Assembly: GCF_963676685.1 (NCBI RefSeq)
Contig: NC_092344.1
Location: 110,422,001-110,486,000, forward strand
DNA length: 64,000 nucleotides
Source: Mytilus edulis
Taxonomy: Eukaryota
Direction: 5' to 3'
The notes under the pieces were generated by a model. The model made no database searches and was not told the origin of the DNA. It saw only the letters and a list, made by a program, of their open reading frames with translations. Position 1 is the first letter of the stretch. Every line of letters starts with the position of its first letter. Shown here piece after piece: positions 19,081-32,508 of this stretch. A program made the position numbers and the translations under genes.

Positions 19081-22000
19081 TATTATACTAGCAGTGTAAT
19101 AGTCCCAGGATTCAGGCGGTACCAACTTGTACTTATCTTTTAATTGTTTAGAACATTATAAAGATAGTCTGTTGACAATTAATGTCAAATAGAAATAGAA
19201 GTAAGAATTTAGAAATACATATGCACAGAATAAGTAATTTATCAGGTCCAAGTGTCAGTGGATTAAAAAAGGTTCAAAATCTACTGTTTTTTGTAAAGAG
19301 AGCAGAAAATACATACAGACATAGAATTTTAGTTGCAGAAGAAGACGAAATGTAAATCCTTTGAGATATTCTTTTAAAAACCCACTTAAGAAATGTGGAT
19401 TTTTTTCGATGGAAACTGTCTTGATATACTAGTACTAATACCAAAATTACTAAAACGGTGTTGCCGACATTGACTACCCATCATGCCGGGTCGGTATACC
19501 AAGATTGGGCGATGATGAAAGACATTTAAGAAGGGTAAAATGATTCGATTCTCTTATTCTTATTCTACACTGAGCCCCGAAAAGAATGCAAAACAACACC
19601 CTTCCATGCTACAATGGTTTCAACTTCAATTTATTGTTTTGATATTCATCGGTAAATTAGTTTTAATATTTTTGCAAACTTTGTCGAATGGTGTTTTCCA
19701 ACAGTTATATTACATTATCTGCAGATGACTATTGAGTGCTTTTTGTGATACCAACACACATTTTGAATTTCAAGAATACGTCCAAAACAAGCAATATGGG
19801 TTTAAACTGTTCAAATAAGACAAACTCTAATCATCTCTTCCTTAGTTTCGTACAACTGAATTAACCATTTTATCTTAAAAAAATCTTATGCCAGTGTTAG
19901 GAGAAATTGTTGCCTTTGCATCAACGGGGAACATTTACTGAAATCAAAATTGTATCGTCTGTTTAAAAGAGAAATTTATATAAAATCGCAAAAAAAACCC
20001 AAAACAAACCAAACAGACACGAGCAAGCTGCATCACAAATGTATCTGGCTGCATTAATTAATAACTATATGTTACAAAAAAAAAATGTGAAATAACTTAT
20101 ATTAATTATCAGAGTTGGGAGTTGTCTTTGTACACAAGTACATACATCTGTATTCTCAACTGTTAATGTCCTTTAATGACGCTTAACGCTCGCCAAATTA
20201 CAAACTTCTGTGATGTAACCATGTCGAATCAATCTTCATATTTCCCCCCTTAAATTGACAAAACATACAAACAAAACACCTTCAGAGATGTAGTTTGTAT
20301 CAATAAACAAACGTCATGAATTCTAGAAGAATTAGTATGGTTGGTTCTTACAACTATAATGGCTTTCCCATTTGAAACAATTTTCATTTCCAGTATTCGT
20401 GCCAAATACTCATAAAGCTGAGATGAGATAAAAGCAAACGAGATGCATCCACTTAAAAGCCGTGATCTTGTTGTGTCAAGTTTCCACAACCTTATATAAC
20501 TATCTGCAATTAAATATAGTAGGTTTTTAACAGCTGCATATTTAATTAAACTCTTGTGTGGTTTACACTCTGCTTGATTTTGTGTTATTAAAAAAAATGA
20601 TTTGTCTAATAAATCATTAGTATCTTAAGGGTCAATCTTCAAAAACCAAGCAAAGTTTAAATCATTCTCTAGATTAAACTTAAATATTGGACTGGACAGA
20701 CTGGCATGCATTATAAACTAAGTATATAAAAAAAGATTTGTCTTTCAATCGAAAAGAACACGGCAAAAGCAATGTTAAGAAAACTTCAATTTTGATAAAT
20801 TAACATATTTTTCTATTAAAATCGCTTTGAGGCATTATAAGATGTCAATTCATTTGAATACGTTACGGACAGCATCATATATCTATCCGAGGTGACTTGG
20901 GCTTATGAAGGATATCTTATATCTGTTCAATTTGAAGTCATGCGAATGAAAATATTGATAGTCTCCAGTCAGCTCTTCCGTTGATGTAATAGTACCTCTT
21001 CTTTGTAAAGTTAGTTGCTTATAAAACGCTTTAAAAATTGACATTGGTTGCTAAAACTTTCATTGTCGAAATTTCTGTCAATGTTTTAAAGTGTTGTAAC
21101 TTTTAGATAGACAAGATGTCAAGAATTTGCAATTAATTTGTTTACTATTCGAAACAAATGCTTTTATTTCACTTCATATAGTATCATTTATTATTTAATC
21201 TGTTGATGAACGGTGCCAAAATTAGAACCTATAACTCCAAACCCCCTTTCTTAATAATAGTAGACATGTACAATTATTTCAAAGTTTTGTAACATTTATG
21301 GCCGACTATTTTACAATTCAATATCAAAATGGATATTAAAATGTTTATTATTTCGATTTAAGTGGTAGGATATTGCAGTTGTAATTATTTTAAGCTTCCG
21401 TTGAGTCTAATGAAACCCAACAGAAATATGACCAGAAAAAAAGATTCGCTCCCATGATACTTTATTAATTCCTATGTTGTACCACGCACTAATGGCTTTC
21501 GTAAAAAGATTGCATTCTAAAGTCGATAAAATGGCGACAAAGTTAAGAAAATTGCACCGATTGAACGGACAGTGACGTTTTCAACTTCACGGTGCGAAAT
21601 TTACATAATAGGAATTAAGATCTTGGGGAAATAATGAATTTTATTTGCCGATCCCGATGTATGATTGATGAATATAGATTTCTACACTGGAAAATCATAT
21701 GTCAAACGTGTAGGTCCTGAATGTCCTTAATCATGACTGGTAGTGTACATAAAATACAATTTATTCAATAACTGTCTGATGCTGCATATTGACCCCCCTT
21801 TTTTCTTTCTTTTTTATTTATGTTCATGATAGGTTTTGTTTACTGGAAATCCACCAGATTTCGCCAGCATAAAGCGCTGTAAGATTACCAATTCACATGA
21901 CGCTTGTTATGACAGTTATGAACTAAAACGAAACAAGTGTTTTAAGAATTGCTTCTTTTATATATATATTCTAAAAAAAATGGGGGGGGGGGAGAGGGTG

Positions 22001-22418
22001 TTAGTTGTACAAGCGTTGTCCGAAAGTACATGTTGTATGACTCATGTATTTTAATTCCAAACCAAATATTTGTATATATGAGGGATTTTAAAGAGGCTTT
22101 TAGTGTTTTCGCAATTTGTAGTAGCGAAATCGCTGATGTAAAATTACTATGTCCTGATAGATATCGGCTGCTCACGGTAAAGCAGTTCCAAATTTGTCTG
22201 ATAGATAGAACCTTTCTTATTGTCAACTTTACTTTCCTTGACTGTAACATTACATTATACATAATTTCTCGCATTTATTGTAGAATGTCGGTGACTGTCT
22301 TTATCTTTATATCTTTATTCTCACAAACCAAATTACAAAGGTATAGAGATAATTATACATATTTCAAAATTACATAAATAAATAATGTACGAAAGTAGAT
22401 AGAGGCATTCACAATTGT

Positions 22419-25400
22419 TCACCCAGAAAAATTCAATTTGTTATTGATCTCCTTAATAAGTTTACATAGTTCGTTCAGTTCTGAACATTTTTTTGAATTC
22501 ATTAAGTCATAAAACTTCAATGTATTTGGACTATTTCTATAGTAAAATGCAATACATTGTTTTCTACAGTTATCAAAAGCTGAACAATTAAAAATGTAAT
22601 GGTATTCATCACCAATGGCATCTGAATTACATAATACACATTTTCTGTTTTCTCTTTCTATTTTTTGCCATCTTCCAGTTTCTATTGGAAATTTCATGTT
22701 CAAAGTTCGAAATTTAAAAAATAAGGATATTTGCCTATCATCCAAAATATTAAAATATTTTTCAAACTCCAAAGTATCTTTAAATAAACGATAATTTAAT
22801 GCTTTTGGTGATTCCTGTAGGCTTGCTAGCCATTTTTGTTTGAATTGATCTATTAAATTCTGTTTGATGGTTACATGTAGCCATGTTTTATTTACAAAAA
22901 AGATATTGTCCCATACATATGACAAGCCACACGTGTCTAAAATTGACTTGACTTGTTTTAACCATAAAATATTTGTACCATATTTGGCATTTGCTAAGTT
23001 ATACAAAATAAAAGGTAATTTGTCAGGTTTTCCGGTTACCAACTTGAACCAATAATTTATCATTCGTAACTTAATTGAAATATCAAATGGATATCTTCCC
23101 AATTCACCATAAATCATAAAATCAGGAGTAGACTTTTTTACTCGAAGTAATATTTTACAAAATTTAATATGAACCCTCTCGATTATTGAATTATTTCCAA
23201 AACCCCAAACTTCGCACCCATACAGAAGTATTGGTTTAACAATTTTATCAAATAGATCAAGTTGGCATTCAATTGACAGATTATGTATTCTACCTTTTCG
23301 AATAATATCGTACATAGCATGTGTTGCTTTTTCACATTGCTTTTTTTTAGCTCTTGAAAAATTTCCTGATCTAGACAGTAATACACCAAGATAAGTAAAT
23401 TCACTCACAATATCTAGTATTATATTATTATACTTAAAAACAATATTTTGCGGTAGTCTACCTTGTGAAAAAATTACAATCTTACTTTTTTCCACATTTA
23501 CTCTTAGTTTCCATAACTCACAATATTCATATAAGGAGTCCAGTTGTCTTTGTAAATCTATCTGAGATTCTGCCATTAAGACAGTATCGTCAGCATATAA
23601 AATGACAAACAATTTTAAATAAACATTTAACTCTATTTCTAACTCATCAGAGATAGTACACAAACCTTCTATATTATTATTCTGTAAAAACAATTCCAGA
23701 TCGTTAAGATAAATGGAAAAAAGCAAAGGAGAGAGATTCTCTCCCTGTCTAACACCAATGGAACAAGGGAAAAATTCAGAAAAATCTGATCCAAAATGAA
23801 TACGTGATTTGATATTATTGTACATGTTGACAATAACGTTATACATTTTTCCGTTAATCGAATGTTTAATAAGTTTTGACCAAAGACCAGACCGCCAAAC
23901 AGTATCGAAAGCTTTCGCAAAGTCAACGAAAGCACAATATAGTTTCTTCTTTTTCCTCTTTAGCAACTCAAATAAGATGTGAATAACAAATATATTGTCT
24001 ACTGTGGAATAACCTTTTCTGAAGCCAGCCTGGTTTTCATTTAATAATAAATAATCCTCTAAGAAAGAACTCAATCTAAGATTTAAAACAGATGTGAAAA
24101 GTTTTCCCAGGCAGCTGAGTATAGTAATTGGTCTATAATTTTGGGGATCAGATTGGTCACCCTTGTTTTTATAAAAAGGTATAATATTTCCCATAAGCCA
24201 TATTTCAGGCAAAGTACCAGAATCAAAAATCATATTAAAAAGTTTCACATAAACGGGTATAAAAATGTGTGATGTGCTTTTAATAAATTCGTTGATTATT
24301 AAATCATCGCCACTAGCCTTTCCGTTTTTCAAGTCTCGTATACACTTAATAATCTCATCTGCGGTAATTTCTGAATTCAAAACTTCATTTACACCTTGAA
24401 TGTCATTCGGCTCAGTTGTGACGTCATTTGTAATCTCGGCGTTATTTAAATTTTTGAAAAAATCAAACAATACATCTAATGCTATATTAGGTTTTTTTCT
24501 TTTCCCTCCCCTATTTAAAATTTTCCAATATTCCTTCGGATTTTTTGTCCTCAGGTTTTTCATATGTTTTTGAAATTTTTTTCTATATTCCCTCATCGAT
24601 TTATCCATCTGGCGTTTATATTCCCGTTCTTTCTTTTTCATTTCTTCCCTTTTTACTTCTGATCTATTACTGTTATAATTTCTCTTTGCTCCCCTGTAAA
24701 TCTTTCTCTTATTCCAACATTGCTTATCAAACCATGGTTTGTTCCCCCTTTTTTTCCCTGTACGATTTCCTAAGCTAGCATTATATGTACCTAGAACATT
24801 TTCTGCAGCATCCAATAATATGCTGTTAATTTTTTCGACTACTTCGTTAATTTTGCCTTGAGATAAATGGTTAATGTCAACTGATTCTAATTCGGCAACA
24901 AAATCTGAAATTTTATCCTTGTCGATAAATTCTACGAAATCTTTCTTTTTCTCAACATCCCATTTTTGTACCCGTTTAACTTCTCTTGCATTTTCCACGC
25001 TGTTCTCAGCAATATGCACATCTTCCTCAATACCATCTTCAAAATTTAAAGATAATATTAACGGAGAGTGGACATCTGAGAAAAGCTTGGAAAAGTCTTG
25101 AACATACATATTTACAACGAAACATAGAAAATCATGAGTACAAATAAAATAATCAACAACACTGGCCTGACGGCAAGTAAATTTGCCTTCTTTGTCACCA
25201 TTTACTCTACCATTAAGTATAATTATATTATTGTTTTTACACATTTCTAACAACATGTTACCATAAGAGTTTTTACTTGTATCCATACTACATCTAACTT
25301 TAGACATATCATATAATTCTAGATTGTTTAAAATATCTACATTATCAGTATCAACAATATCATGCTGACTATGAACAATTTCAATATATTCTACATCTCG

Positions 25401-25910
25401 ACTAGTTCTACTATTAAAATCACCATTTAAAAGTATATACTTGTACTCTACAGAAAATTTCAAAAATTCTTGTTCTAATTCATTAAAAGCATCAGATACC
25501 TTGTATACAGAATTTTCTGGAGGGATATAAATATTTCCTATCATGACGTCTTGGTCAGTTTTAAGTAAATCGGAAGAAATTTTCCACCAGTATACTAAAC
25601 TACTGAAATTTTCAACTGGCTTTACAAAATTTTCCAAGTGTGACTTATAGCCGAAAGCTATTCCTCCCGATTTAACCCTTGCTATATTTTTTCTATTTTT
25701 CAGATGAAAAGTAAATCCTGGAATATCTATCTTATCTAGATCATCTGTTTTAGTTTCAACAAGAGAAATAAAATCAAATTTCTGAACCATATCTATAAAT
25801 TCTGGATAATGCATACGTTTAATAACACCACAACAATTTAAAGTTAACATATTAATTTTACAGTTACTCGTTCTAGTTAAACATTGTTCACTGTCGGGTA
25901 AATTTGTCAT
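22419..25910 (-). CDS. LINE ORF2: APE endonuclease, reverse transcriptase and C-terminal Cys/His motif (1163 aa, uninterrupted)
   Basis: EN motifs LNCCG, LVET, YIPP, GDFNSR, VVDY, SDVH. RT motifs NYRPIT, QAGFR, FVDFAKAFD, GVRQG, YADD, YLG. Confidence 0.96.
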   Translation of the reverse strand: MTNLPDSEQCLTRTSNCKINMLTLNCCGVIKRMHYPEFIDMVQKFDFISLVETKTDDLDKIDIPGFTFHLKNRKNIARVKSGGIAFGYKSHLENFVKPVENFSSLVYWWKISSDLLKTDQDVMIGNIYIPPENSVYKVSDAFNELEQEFLKFSVEYKYILLNGDFNSRTSRDVEYIEIVHSQHDIVDTDNVDILNNLELYDMSKVRCSMDTSKNSYGNMLLEMCKNNNIIILNGRVNGDKEGKFTCRQASVVDYFICTHDFLCFVVNMYVQDFSKLFSDVHSPLILSLNFEDGIEEDVHIAENSVENAREVKRVQKWDVEKKKDFVEFIDKDKISDFVAELESVDINHLSQGKINEVVEKINSILLDAAENVLGTYNASLGNRTGKKRGNKPWFDKQCWNKRKIYRGAKRNYNSNRSEVKREEMKKKEREYKRQMDKSMREYRKKFQKHMKNLRTKNPKEYWKILNRGGKRKKPNIALDVLFDFFKNLNNAEITNDVTTEPNDIQGVNEVLNSEITADEIIKCIRDLKNGKASGDDLIINEFIKSTSHIFIPVYVKLFNMIFDSGTLPEIWLMGNIIPFYKNKGDQSDPQNYRPITILSCLGKLFTSVLNLRLSSFLEDYLLLNENQAGFRKGYSTVDNIFVIHILFELLKRKKKKLYCAFVDFAKAFDTVWRSGLWSKLIKHSINGKMYNVIVNMYNNIKSRIHFGSDFSEFFPCSIGVRQGENLSPLLFSIYLNDLELFLQNNNIEGLCTISDELEIELNVYLKLFVILYADDTVLMAESQIDLQRQLDSLYEYCELWKLRVNVEKSKIVIFSQGRLPQNIVFKYNNIILDIVSEFTYLGVLLSRSGNFSRAKKKQCEKATHAMYDIIRKGRIHNLSIECQLDLFDKIVKPILLYGCEVWGFGNNSIIERVHIKFCKILLRVKKSTPDFMIYGELGRYPFDISIKLRMINYWFKLVTGKPDKLPFILYNLANAKYGTNILWLKQVKSILDTCGLSYVWDNIFFVNKTWLHVTIKQNLIDQFKQKWLASLQESPKALNYRLFKDTLEFEKYFNILDDRQISLFFKFRTLNMKFPIETGRWQKIERENRKCVLCNSDAIGDEYHYIFNCSAFDNCRKQCIAFYYRNSPNTLKFYDLMNSKKCSELNELCKLIKEINNKLNFSG

Positions 25911-25940
25911 ACCATTACACTTGTTCTTTTCTGGGGGTCC

Positions 25941-26302
25941 CTATGAGTGATCTGTTGAATTTCGCGATTCCCTTCGTCGTCTCTTACGTGACTGATAGTC
26001 TTCAGGGGTATTTAATAATTCTCTCCGGTTGTTAGGCGATGGAGAATTTATAGTCTGATGGTTGTAAATTACTCCGTCTACATAAAGTATGTCTCTAACA
26101 AGTCTCACACGATGTCCATCTGCTTTCATCTCTTTCATAACAGGATAAAGACTTTTTCTGGCTTGCTCGATGGCTTCTGGAAACTGTTTATTCACACCGT
26201 ATTGTTTTCCCTTTAGTCTATATGTGTTTGACATAACCATTGCCAGATCGTTGTGGTAAATAAACCTTGCGACGATAGGTCTAGGTCGTCCGCGTTTTCC
26301 AG
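25941..26302 (-). CDS. LINE ORF1 C-terminal remnant (L1-ORF1-like)
   Basis: The frame extends upstream of the listed ATG to give ..GKRGRPRPIVARF..YGVNKQFPEAIEQARKSLYP..VRLVRDILYVDG, typical of an ORF1 RRM/CTD. The 5' part is missing. Confidence 0.8.
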
Positions 26303-27551
26303 GTTGGGCTCCGCTACTGTCGATAGTTGTTTTATCAGCGACCTTTCCTCAACTCCTGTTTTTGAATACCTTTACAGCAGAGATTAGATATTGTTTTACT
26401 AAATCTTATCCCAAATGTAACGTTAGAGTATTATCATTTGGAATCATATGTATTAAAATGTTTTTCGCTTCCATTCTAATGTATTTTAAATCTTAATCTA
26501 ACAATCCTAGGAGTCGTCCTTTTTATCTTTTTATTTGGCTTTATAGGTAGGCTGCGTCAGTTTTTTTGGGAATGAACATCAATTAATTGATTTATTATTT
26601 TAAACAACACTTAAATGGCTGTTGTTTCTATTGTGTTTTTTCTGCATTTAACGTTTGTTGCACAAGATCTATCCGGTCTTTTTACCGTTGCCAAGTTTTC
26701 AATAATGGCATATTTTTAGTTCTGTTTTCGATCACGACTTTACGGACGTTTTTTGTCATGAAAAAAAAACCACCCGCAAATACAATTTGTTAAAACATTC
26801 ATCAGATATTTCATGATATTGATAACCTGAAAATATATTAGCTCCTCGATGATAAACGTAGCCTTAAATTGTTCGCTACGCTCACTCGACAAAAAGCTTC
26901 ACATTGTCGGATATGCAACTGCATATTTGACAGCATCGGTATGCGATAAACCTGATAAACATTATACAATTTAAGTATACTTTAAGGTTAATTTCTTTCT
27001 GTAACTGTGATACTGTAGAGTTATTGTTTATTATTTTTTGTTCTTATTGTGCTTTTATTATCTATTATAATCATATTTCGAGTGCTTTTCCTGTACCGAG
27101 TTATTACATGTTCGTAAATGATATAAAAAATATGGTGACGTTAAAAAATACCTCAATTATATATTACCCATGTAGTAAACCCATATTTCAAACGGGATAA
27201 AAAAAACTTTTTTTCAAACGGTATATCACATCTAAGTGTTTGTACATGTAGAAAACTTATTCCAGGTAGCACGGTAGTATTTCCTGGCCCATAATGATAA
27301 TGATAAGTTTCTTTTAGAAATTTTACCAATTTCTAACACTGCCTGCATTCTGCATACTCAGTTAGCATATAAACTGAAGCACTTTCATTATAATATTCAG
27401 AAATTTTTTTGAATATGTATGATGATCGGGGTTTTTTTGCTATCTTTATAAACATAAGGCTTCTAGTGCTTTTATGTCTTTTCATACAAATGATAAAAAA
27501 AAATCTGAAGAAAAAAAATCCTCACAGTCGGGCAATATTGTGAGGCTACAC

Positions 27552-27955
27552 TGGTAAAAATGCCACACATGTGAACATGCGTGACACATGCGTTTCACAT
27601 GTGTGTCGCACGCATGTGAAAGAGACGTTTCATGCCACGCATGTGACACATGTGTGAAAAACGAATGTGATACGCATGATATACACATGTGATCATGCGT
27701 TTTACATGTGAATCACATGTGTAAGGAAAAACACCTGTGATACATGCGTGATTTATGCATACAAAAGGCATGGTGCCTGTATTAAAAATTTTTGCAAAAT
27801 ATGTGATACGCATGATATACACATGTGATCATGTGTTTCACATGTGAATCACATGTGTAAGACATGTGAATCACATGTGTAAGGAAATACACCTGTGATA
27901 CATGCGTGATTTCTGCATGTAAAAGGCATGGTGCCTGTATTAAATATTTTTCAAA
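27552..27955. repeat. CACATGTG-rich degenerate minisatellite with an internal ~130-bp duplication
   Basis: Many CACATGTG/CATGCG units. The block ATGTGATACGCATGATATACACATGTGATC...GGCATGGTGCCTGTATTAAA occurs at ~27665-27787 and again at ~27821-27945. Confidence 0.8.
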
Positions 27956-30043
27956 ATGTATTCGTATTTGTCCAATTACCATGATCGTTGACATGTATTG
28001 AAGTTCTAATGTGAATTAAATGGGTTATACATGGGTTTTCCATATATGTACACAGGCAAATTTTGTTAAGGTAAATTTCATGTGAGATTCACCTGAAACA
28101 AGCTTATACATGAAACTCGCGTTCAATTAATGTGAATTGAGCTCAGCTAACATGAAATTCATGTTAAATTTTTCATGTGAAGCTAACCTGAATCAAGCAT
28201 TCATATTAATTTTTTTTAAATAAAATGAAGGTGAATTGAGCACCAATCACACAAATTCACAGTATTTGAGCATATTTTAGATAAGTCAATGCTGATCTAT
28301 ATATCTAGTGCACATTCTATTTTGATATAAATAAATATTCTTCTTGGTCTTGACTATGTGTTCATACTTCAATTGTATTTTACTTTCTTGATCCTTATCA
28401 ATACAAATCCAAACTCACAATATCTCCAATGCAAGAGATAAGATGTAATAAAACAAAGAAGGCAAGCAAATATCCAGGTTACCTTAAGTTCACTCCTAGA
28501 ATTTTGTTGGTTACGTTTAAGTCGCAATATTTTTTTAAAAAGTGATGTAAGGATTGGTAATTCAATTAAAGCATATGTATGCACTGATGAATATTTCATT
28601 TTTAATATGTATATATATAAGTCATTTTGTGGTTATCAGTCATGAGACAATCCAATCCCATTGTGGAAATTGTCTTACTTGCAAAAGATGCCAATGCTTC
28701 TTTAAAAATTTTGAAGAAAAAAAGTAGTTTACCCTGCCACATATTCGTGTGCCTGTTTTAAGCCAGGGTTTCAGTGGTTGTCTTAAGTCTCATCCTAATA
28801 AAAAGCATATCTAAAAAAATTGTGTTAATAGCAGCTCTTTGATTGGTATAAACTCTGGTTAATTAAGTAGATCATGACATTGTTTAGACAACTGTTTATT
28901 GTTGAGGACTGTATGTTAGCACCTTAATGCCTTTCATATGTTTTTGTTGTTGTGTAGCTGTCTGATTGATTTATACCTCATTTCGCATTATATTAATAAA
29001 TTGAAATAGAAAGGTTCTGTTAAATGTATTTGATATGCCATATTGAATGCCTTACAGTTATTTACAACTGTTTCCTTCTTATTTCAAAACATATTTTGAC
29101 AAACAACAAACATATCTGGCGTATACACTAAATTAAGTCCTGGTATCTATGATGAGTTTTTTTATACCATTAGAAAATTTCAAAGTTTGGCTTCACAATA
29201 ATATAAAAGTTCTTGTTCTTTCAAATATTTATATAAAATTCAGTTTAAAACATGCATTATTCATTTTTAGACTATAAACAATAATTTGAATTTGAATTGT
29301 CATGATTGTATTATATTCTGAAAGTACTTGTGTTTGAAAAAATATACACAATATTTAATTCCATGTGTTTGAGATTTCTTGAATACATCACTCCCATATC
29401 ATGTCTTTGTTTAAGAGTTCTCTCCTGCATGTATCTGCTGTAATTGCTATTTGTACCCACGGCTTCCTTCATACATTTGCACTTATCCTTCTAAGATGTT
29501 GCTTGAATGATAAAATCCTGTAATACATTATCAGCCATCAGACTCTTGGAATACAGTTGCTGTAATTAAAAAAAAAAAATAACCATAAAATATTGGCTTA
29601 CCAATCAAGCAAAAATGATAACATAAATTTGATAAATAATGATTTACCAAACTTACATATATATATATACATAAATATGGTGTGAACAACTGGAGTGGAG
29701 AAATAATAGTTGTTGTTTTTGCAACATGTATTTATCTTGGTTGTTTTTTCGCTTTTATGTAAATCAGGCCCTTAATTTTCTCTTTGGAATTGTTTTACAT
29801 CTGTCATTCCAGGACATAGCTTGCTTGATGCTGTATTGGTTTTGCTCATTGTTGAAAGTTGTACATACATGTAAAGTGATCTTTAGTGCTAACATTCAGT
29901 CATTTTGACCTGATGAATAGTTGTCTCATTGGCAATGATACTACATATTTTCCTTTTTTTTTAAATAATGAAAACTAACTCTATTCATGCATGTGTACTA
30001 CACATTACCTGTGTATATAATATGTATGGCATGTGACCAATTT

Positions 30044-30903
30044 AACCAGATACTTCGCAGGGTGCAGCTTTATACGACTGCAGAGGTCGAACCCTGAAGG
30101 TTGAGGCAAGTATGGACACAACATTCAAGCTGAATACAGCTCTGAATTTGGATTGTGATTAAATAGTTGACACATCATAGGTTTCTGACACAGAATAAAT
30201 GTGGTCTAATGAACTTAATTTTTTTGCTTTTGAGCAATTTACTATGCTGTTGAATATTAATCCTCTCAAAAAAAAAATATTTGAAGAAATTTTCTTTTTA
30301 AATTCTGAAATCTAAAATGAGAAAAAAAAATTGACCCCCACCCCAATTTTATTTCCACGTCCCCCTTTCTCTTATTCCAAAAATGATCTCAATTCAAAAT
30401 TCTAATGGAGTTTGCAACAATAACTACTCATTTAAATACATCATAAAATATTAAAATATAAAATGTCATACAGTCATGGTTTAATAGAATTAATAGTAAC
30501 TTCTAAAAAAATAAATGGGGAATGTGTCCAAAAGGACACAGATGATGCCCCTGCTAGCATATAACGTTATAAAGGGACATAACTCAAGAACTGTAAAAGT
30601 GAAGATGCCAAAAATTGAACTTAAACTGAGTTTAGAGGTAATAAGCATTATATACACATTTCATTAAATTTAGTTGAGACAAACTTAAGTTAAGAGAACA
30701 GAAACTAAAAAATTCTTCAATTTTTCCACTTGTAAAGGGGCATAACCCTAGAATGGTAATCAGAGTGCTTGTAATCACTGAATGGTGAAGATTGCTTTAA
30801 TTTATCATGTGGTAGTGAATATTGCATTGTATATTGTACATTTTATATAGCCTACAACGTGATACCAATATAAGAACGCAAACATTTTGCGGTCGTATAA
30901 AAA
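30044..30903 (-). mobile_element. Second HINE copy (same family as 16786-17726), opposite orientation
   Basis: One end reads AACCAGATACTTCGCAGGGTGCAGCTTTATACGAC and the other GCGGTCGTATAAAAA. It is followed at ~30905-31310 by reverse-complement satellite units like those at 16930-17400. Confidence 0.72.
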
Positions 30904-32508
30904 CGGGGACCAAATTAAAAAAAACTTAATACAGGGTTTGATTCAGCATATTAAAGAACCCCAAGAATTCAAGAATAAAACCCCATTGAAATTGGTCTAG
31001 AAATAAGCAACTTATACAAAGTATTAGAGAAGTATTGTTTTTGGCCCCTAATTCATAAACAGTTTGTGCCATAACCATTGATAACCCCCAAAATCAATCC
31101 CAACCTTTTTTTTTTGGTATGGAACCTTCAAGTCCTTGTGGTACAATTTCAGAAAGATCCATACACTTATACACAAGTAATTGTCTGGAACCTAGGAAAA
31201 TACTTATTTTGACCCCTTTTGGGCTCCTTGTTCCTTGTATTTAAATTTCATAGAGATAGATATCCATTTACTTAAACTAAAGTTATTGTACGGAAACTAT
31301 GTCCAGTGGCAAATATTTTATGTATTCAAAACAAGAACAACTTGTCAATTTATAATATACATTGTATAGGCCAGTCTGACTAGGTAGGTTTGTAATATTA
31401 TAAATGCTGATTATTTGAACTTCTGAGTGTGTGTGTATGGAGCAGGAGGGGATCAGGGTAAGGATGCCTTGAAGCATACTTGACATTGGAAAGAGAGAAA
31501 AATAAGCAAGTGTACATGTACAATTATACTTGAGAACAGAGTGCATCAAATTATTTATATTTACTGAAATTCTGCAGATGAACATACTTTGATATGAGTT
31601 CTTTTTGCAGGACATTCACACCTACATGTACAGTACATGTTCACCAGTGGTTTTAATACTGTACTTTCCATTCTTTTGGTATCAAGCTAAAATTGTATAA
31701 AATCTAAATTATTTAATCAAGAAGTCCATGAAGTCCAGACAAAAACTAGATGTAGTATGAACATATTGAACTAATGCTCACTAATTTTCACCTTTACAGA
31801 ACTATATGTACTTTTACTTTTGAGTGAATGCAAAGAACATGTAAGCAAACAACAGAAAGAAGATCAACAGCTTAGCTAATAAATATATGTACAGTATGAA
31901 CTTTCTGGTTTTAATTTATCTATTCTGCTGTATACAGTTAAAAAATCATTCTAGGCATTAATTATTGTCAGATGTTTATTAGATCTTGTTTTGCTGAACA
32001 TTAGAGCTGGTAGAAGTTTCTACAATTTTGATATTATTTGTCTCACTGGTAGTACACTACACTGTAAAAATCTTTTTGAGAAAGAGCAGGTGCGACTTTT
32101 TTAATTTGAATTTAATGCACTACGGAAGAACTGTATTCTCGGGCCTGTTGTCATTTGTGTTATAATCCGTACTTCAGGCAATTAACAAAAGAACAACTTT
32201 TCAATGTACATGTATCTTGCCAATGTGTGAATAAATTTACTGACAAAAAACACGTCTTGTGTGTGTTTTTGTTAGATGCATTTCTTTTTTGTTTATTGTA
32301 TAGATCCGGTGAGTTAAGCCCTTTTCACATCAATATACATGTACCAGGTTAGGTGGGTTTGGCACCACAAACTGCTAGCTATATAGTCTAGCCCCCATCA
32401 CATCCTTCAATTAGTATGTGCCTGTCCCATGTCAGAAGCCTGTAATTCAGTTTGAATTGTTTTACAAATTTTTCGTTTTCATTTAGGGTCTTTTTATATA
32501 CCGGACTA

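Larger units (their letters stand above)
22298..26302 (-). mobile_element. Non-LTR retrotransposon (RTE-X-like), 5'-truncated within ORF1
   Basis: ORF1 remnant, intact EN-RT ORF2, and a short 3' UTR ending AATAAA GATATAAA GATAAAGA (tandem tail) at 22298-22320 on the minus strand. The clade call rests on GVRQGENLSP and the C-terminal IETGRW..CxxC..GDEYHY..C motif. Confidence 0.9.

Noticed and set aside
21449-21630. CpG-containing stretch with AAAATGGCG (YY1-like) as a promoter
   Set aside because: It sits between imperfect inverted repeats, suggesting a small repeat element, and the ATG frame closes after 14 codons.
27482-27994. His/Cys/Met-rich ORFs suggesting metal-binding peptides
   Set aside because: Translation artefacts of the CACATGTG minisatellite.
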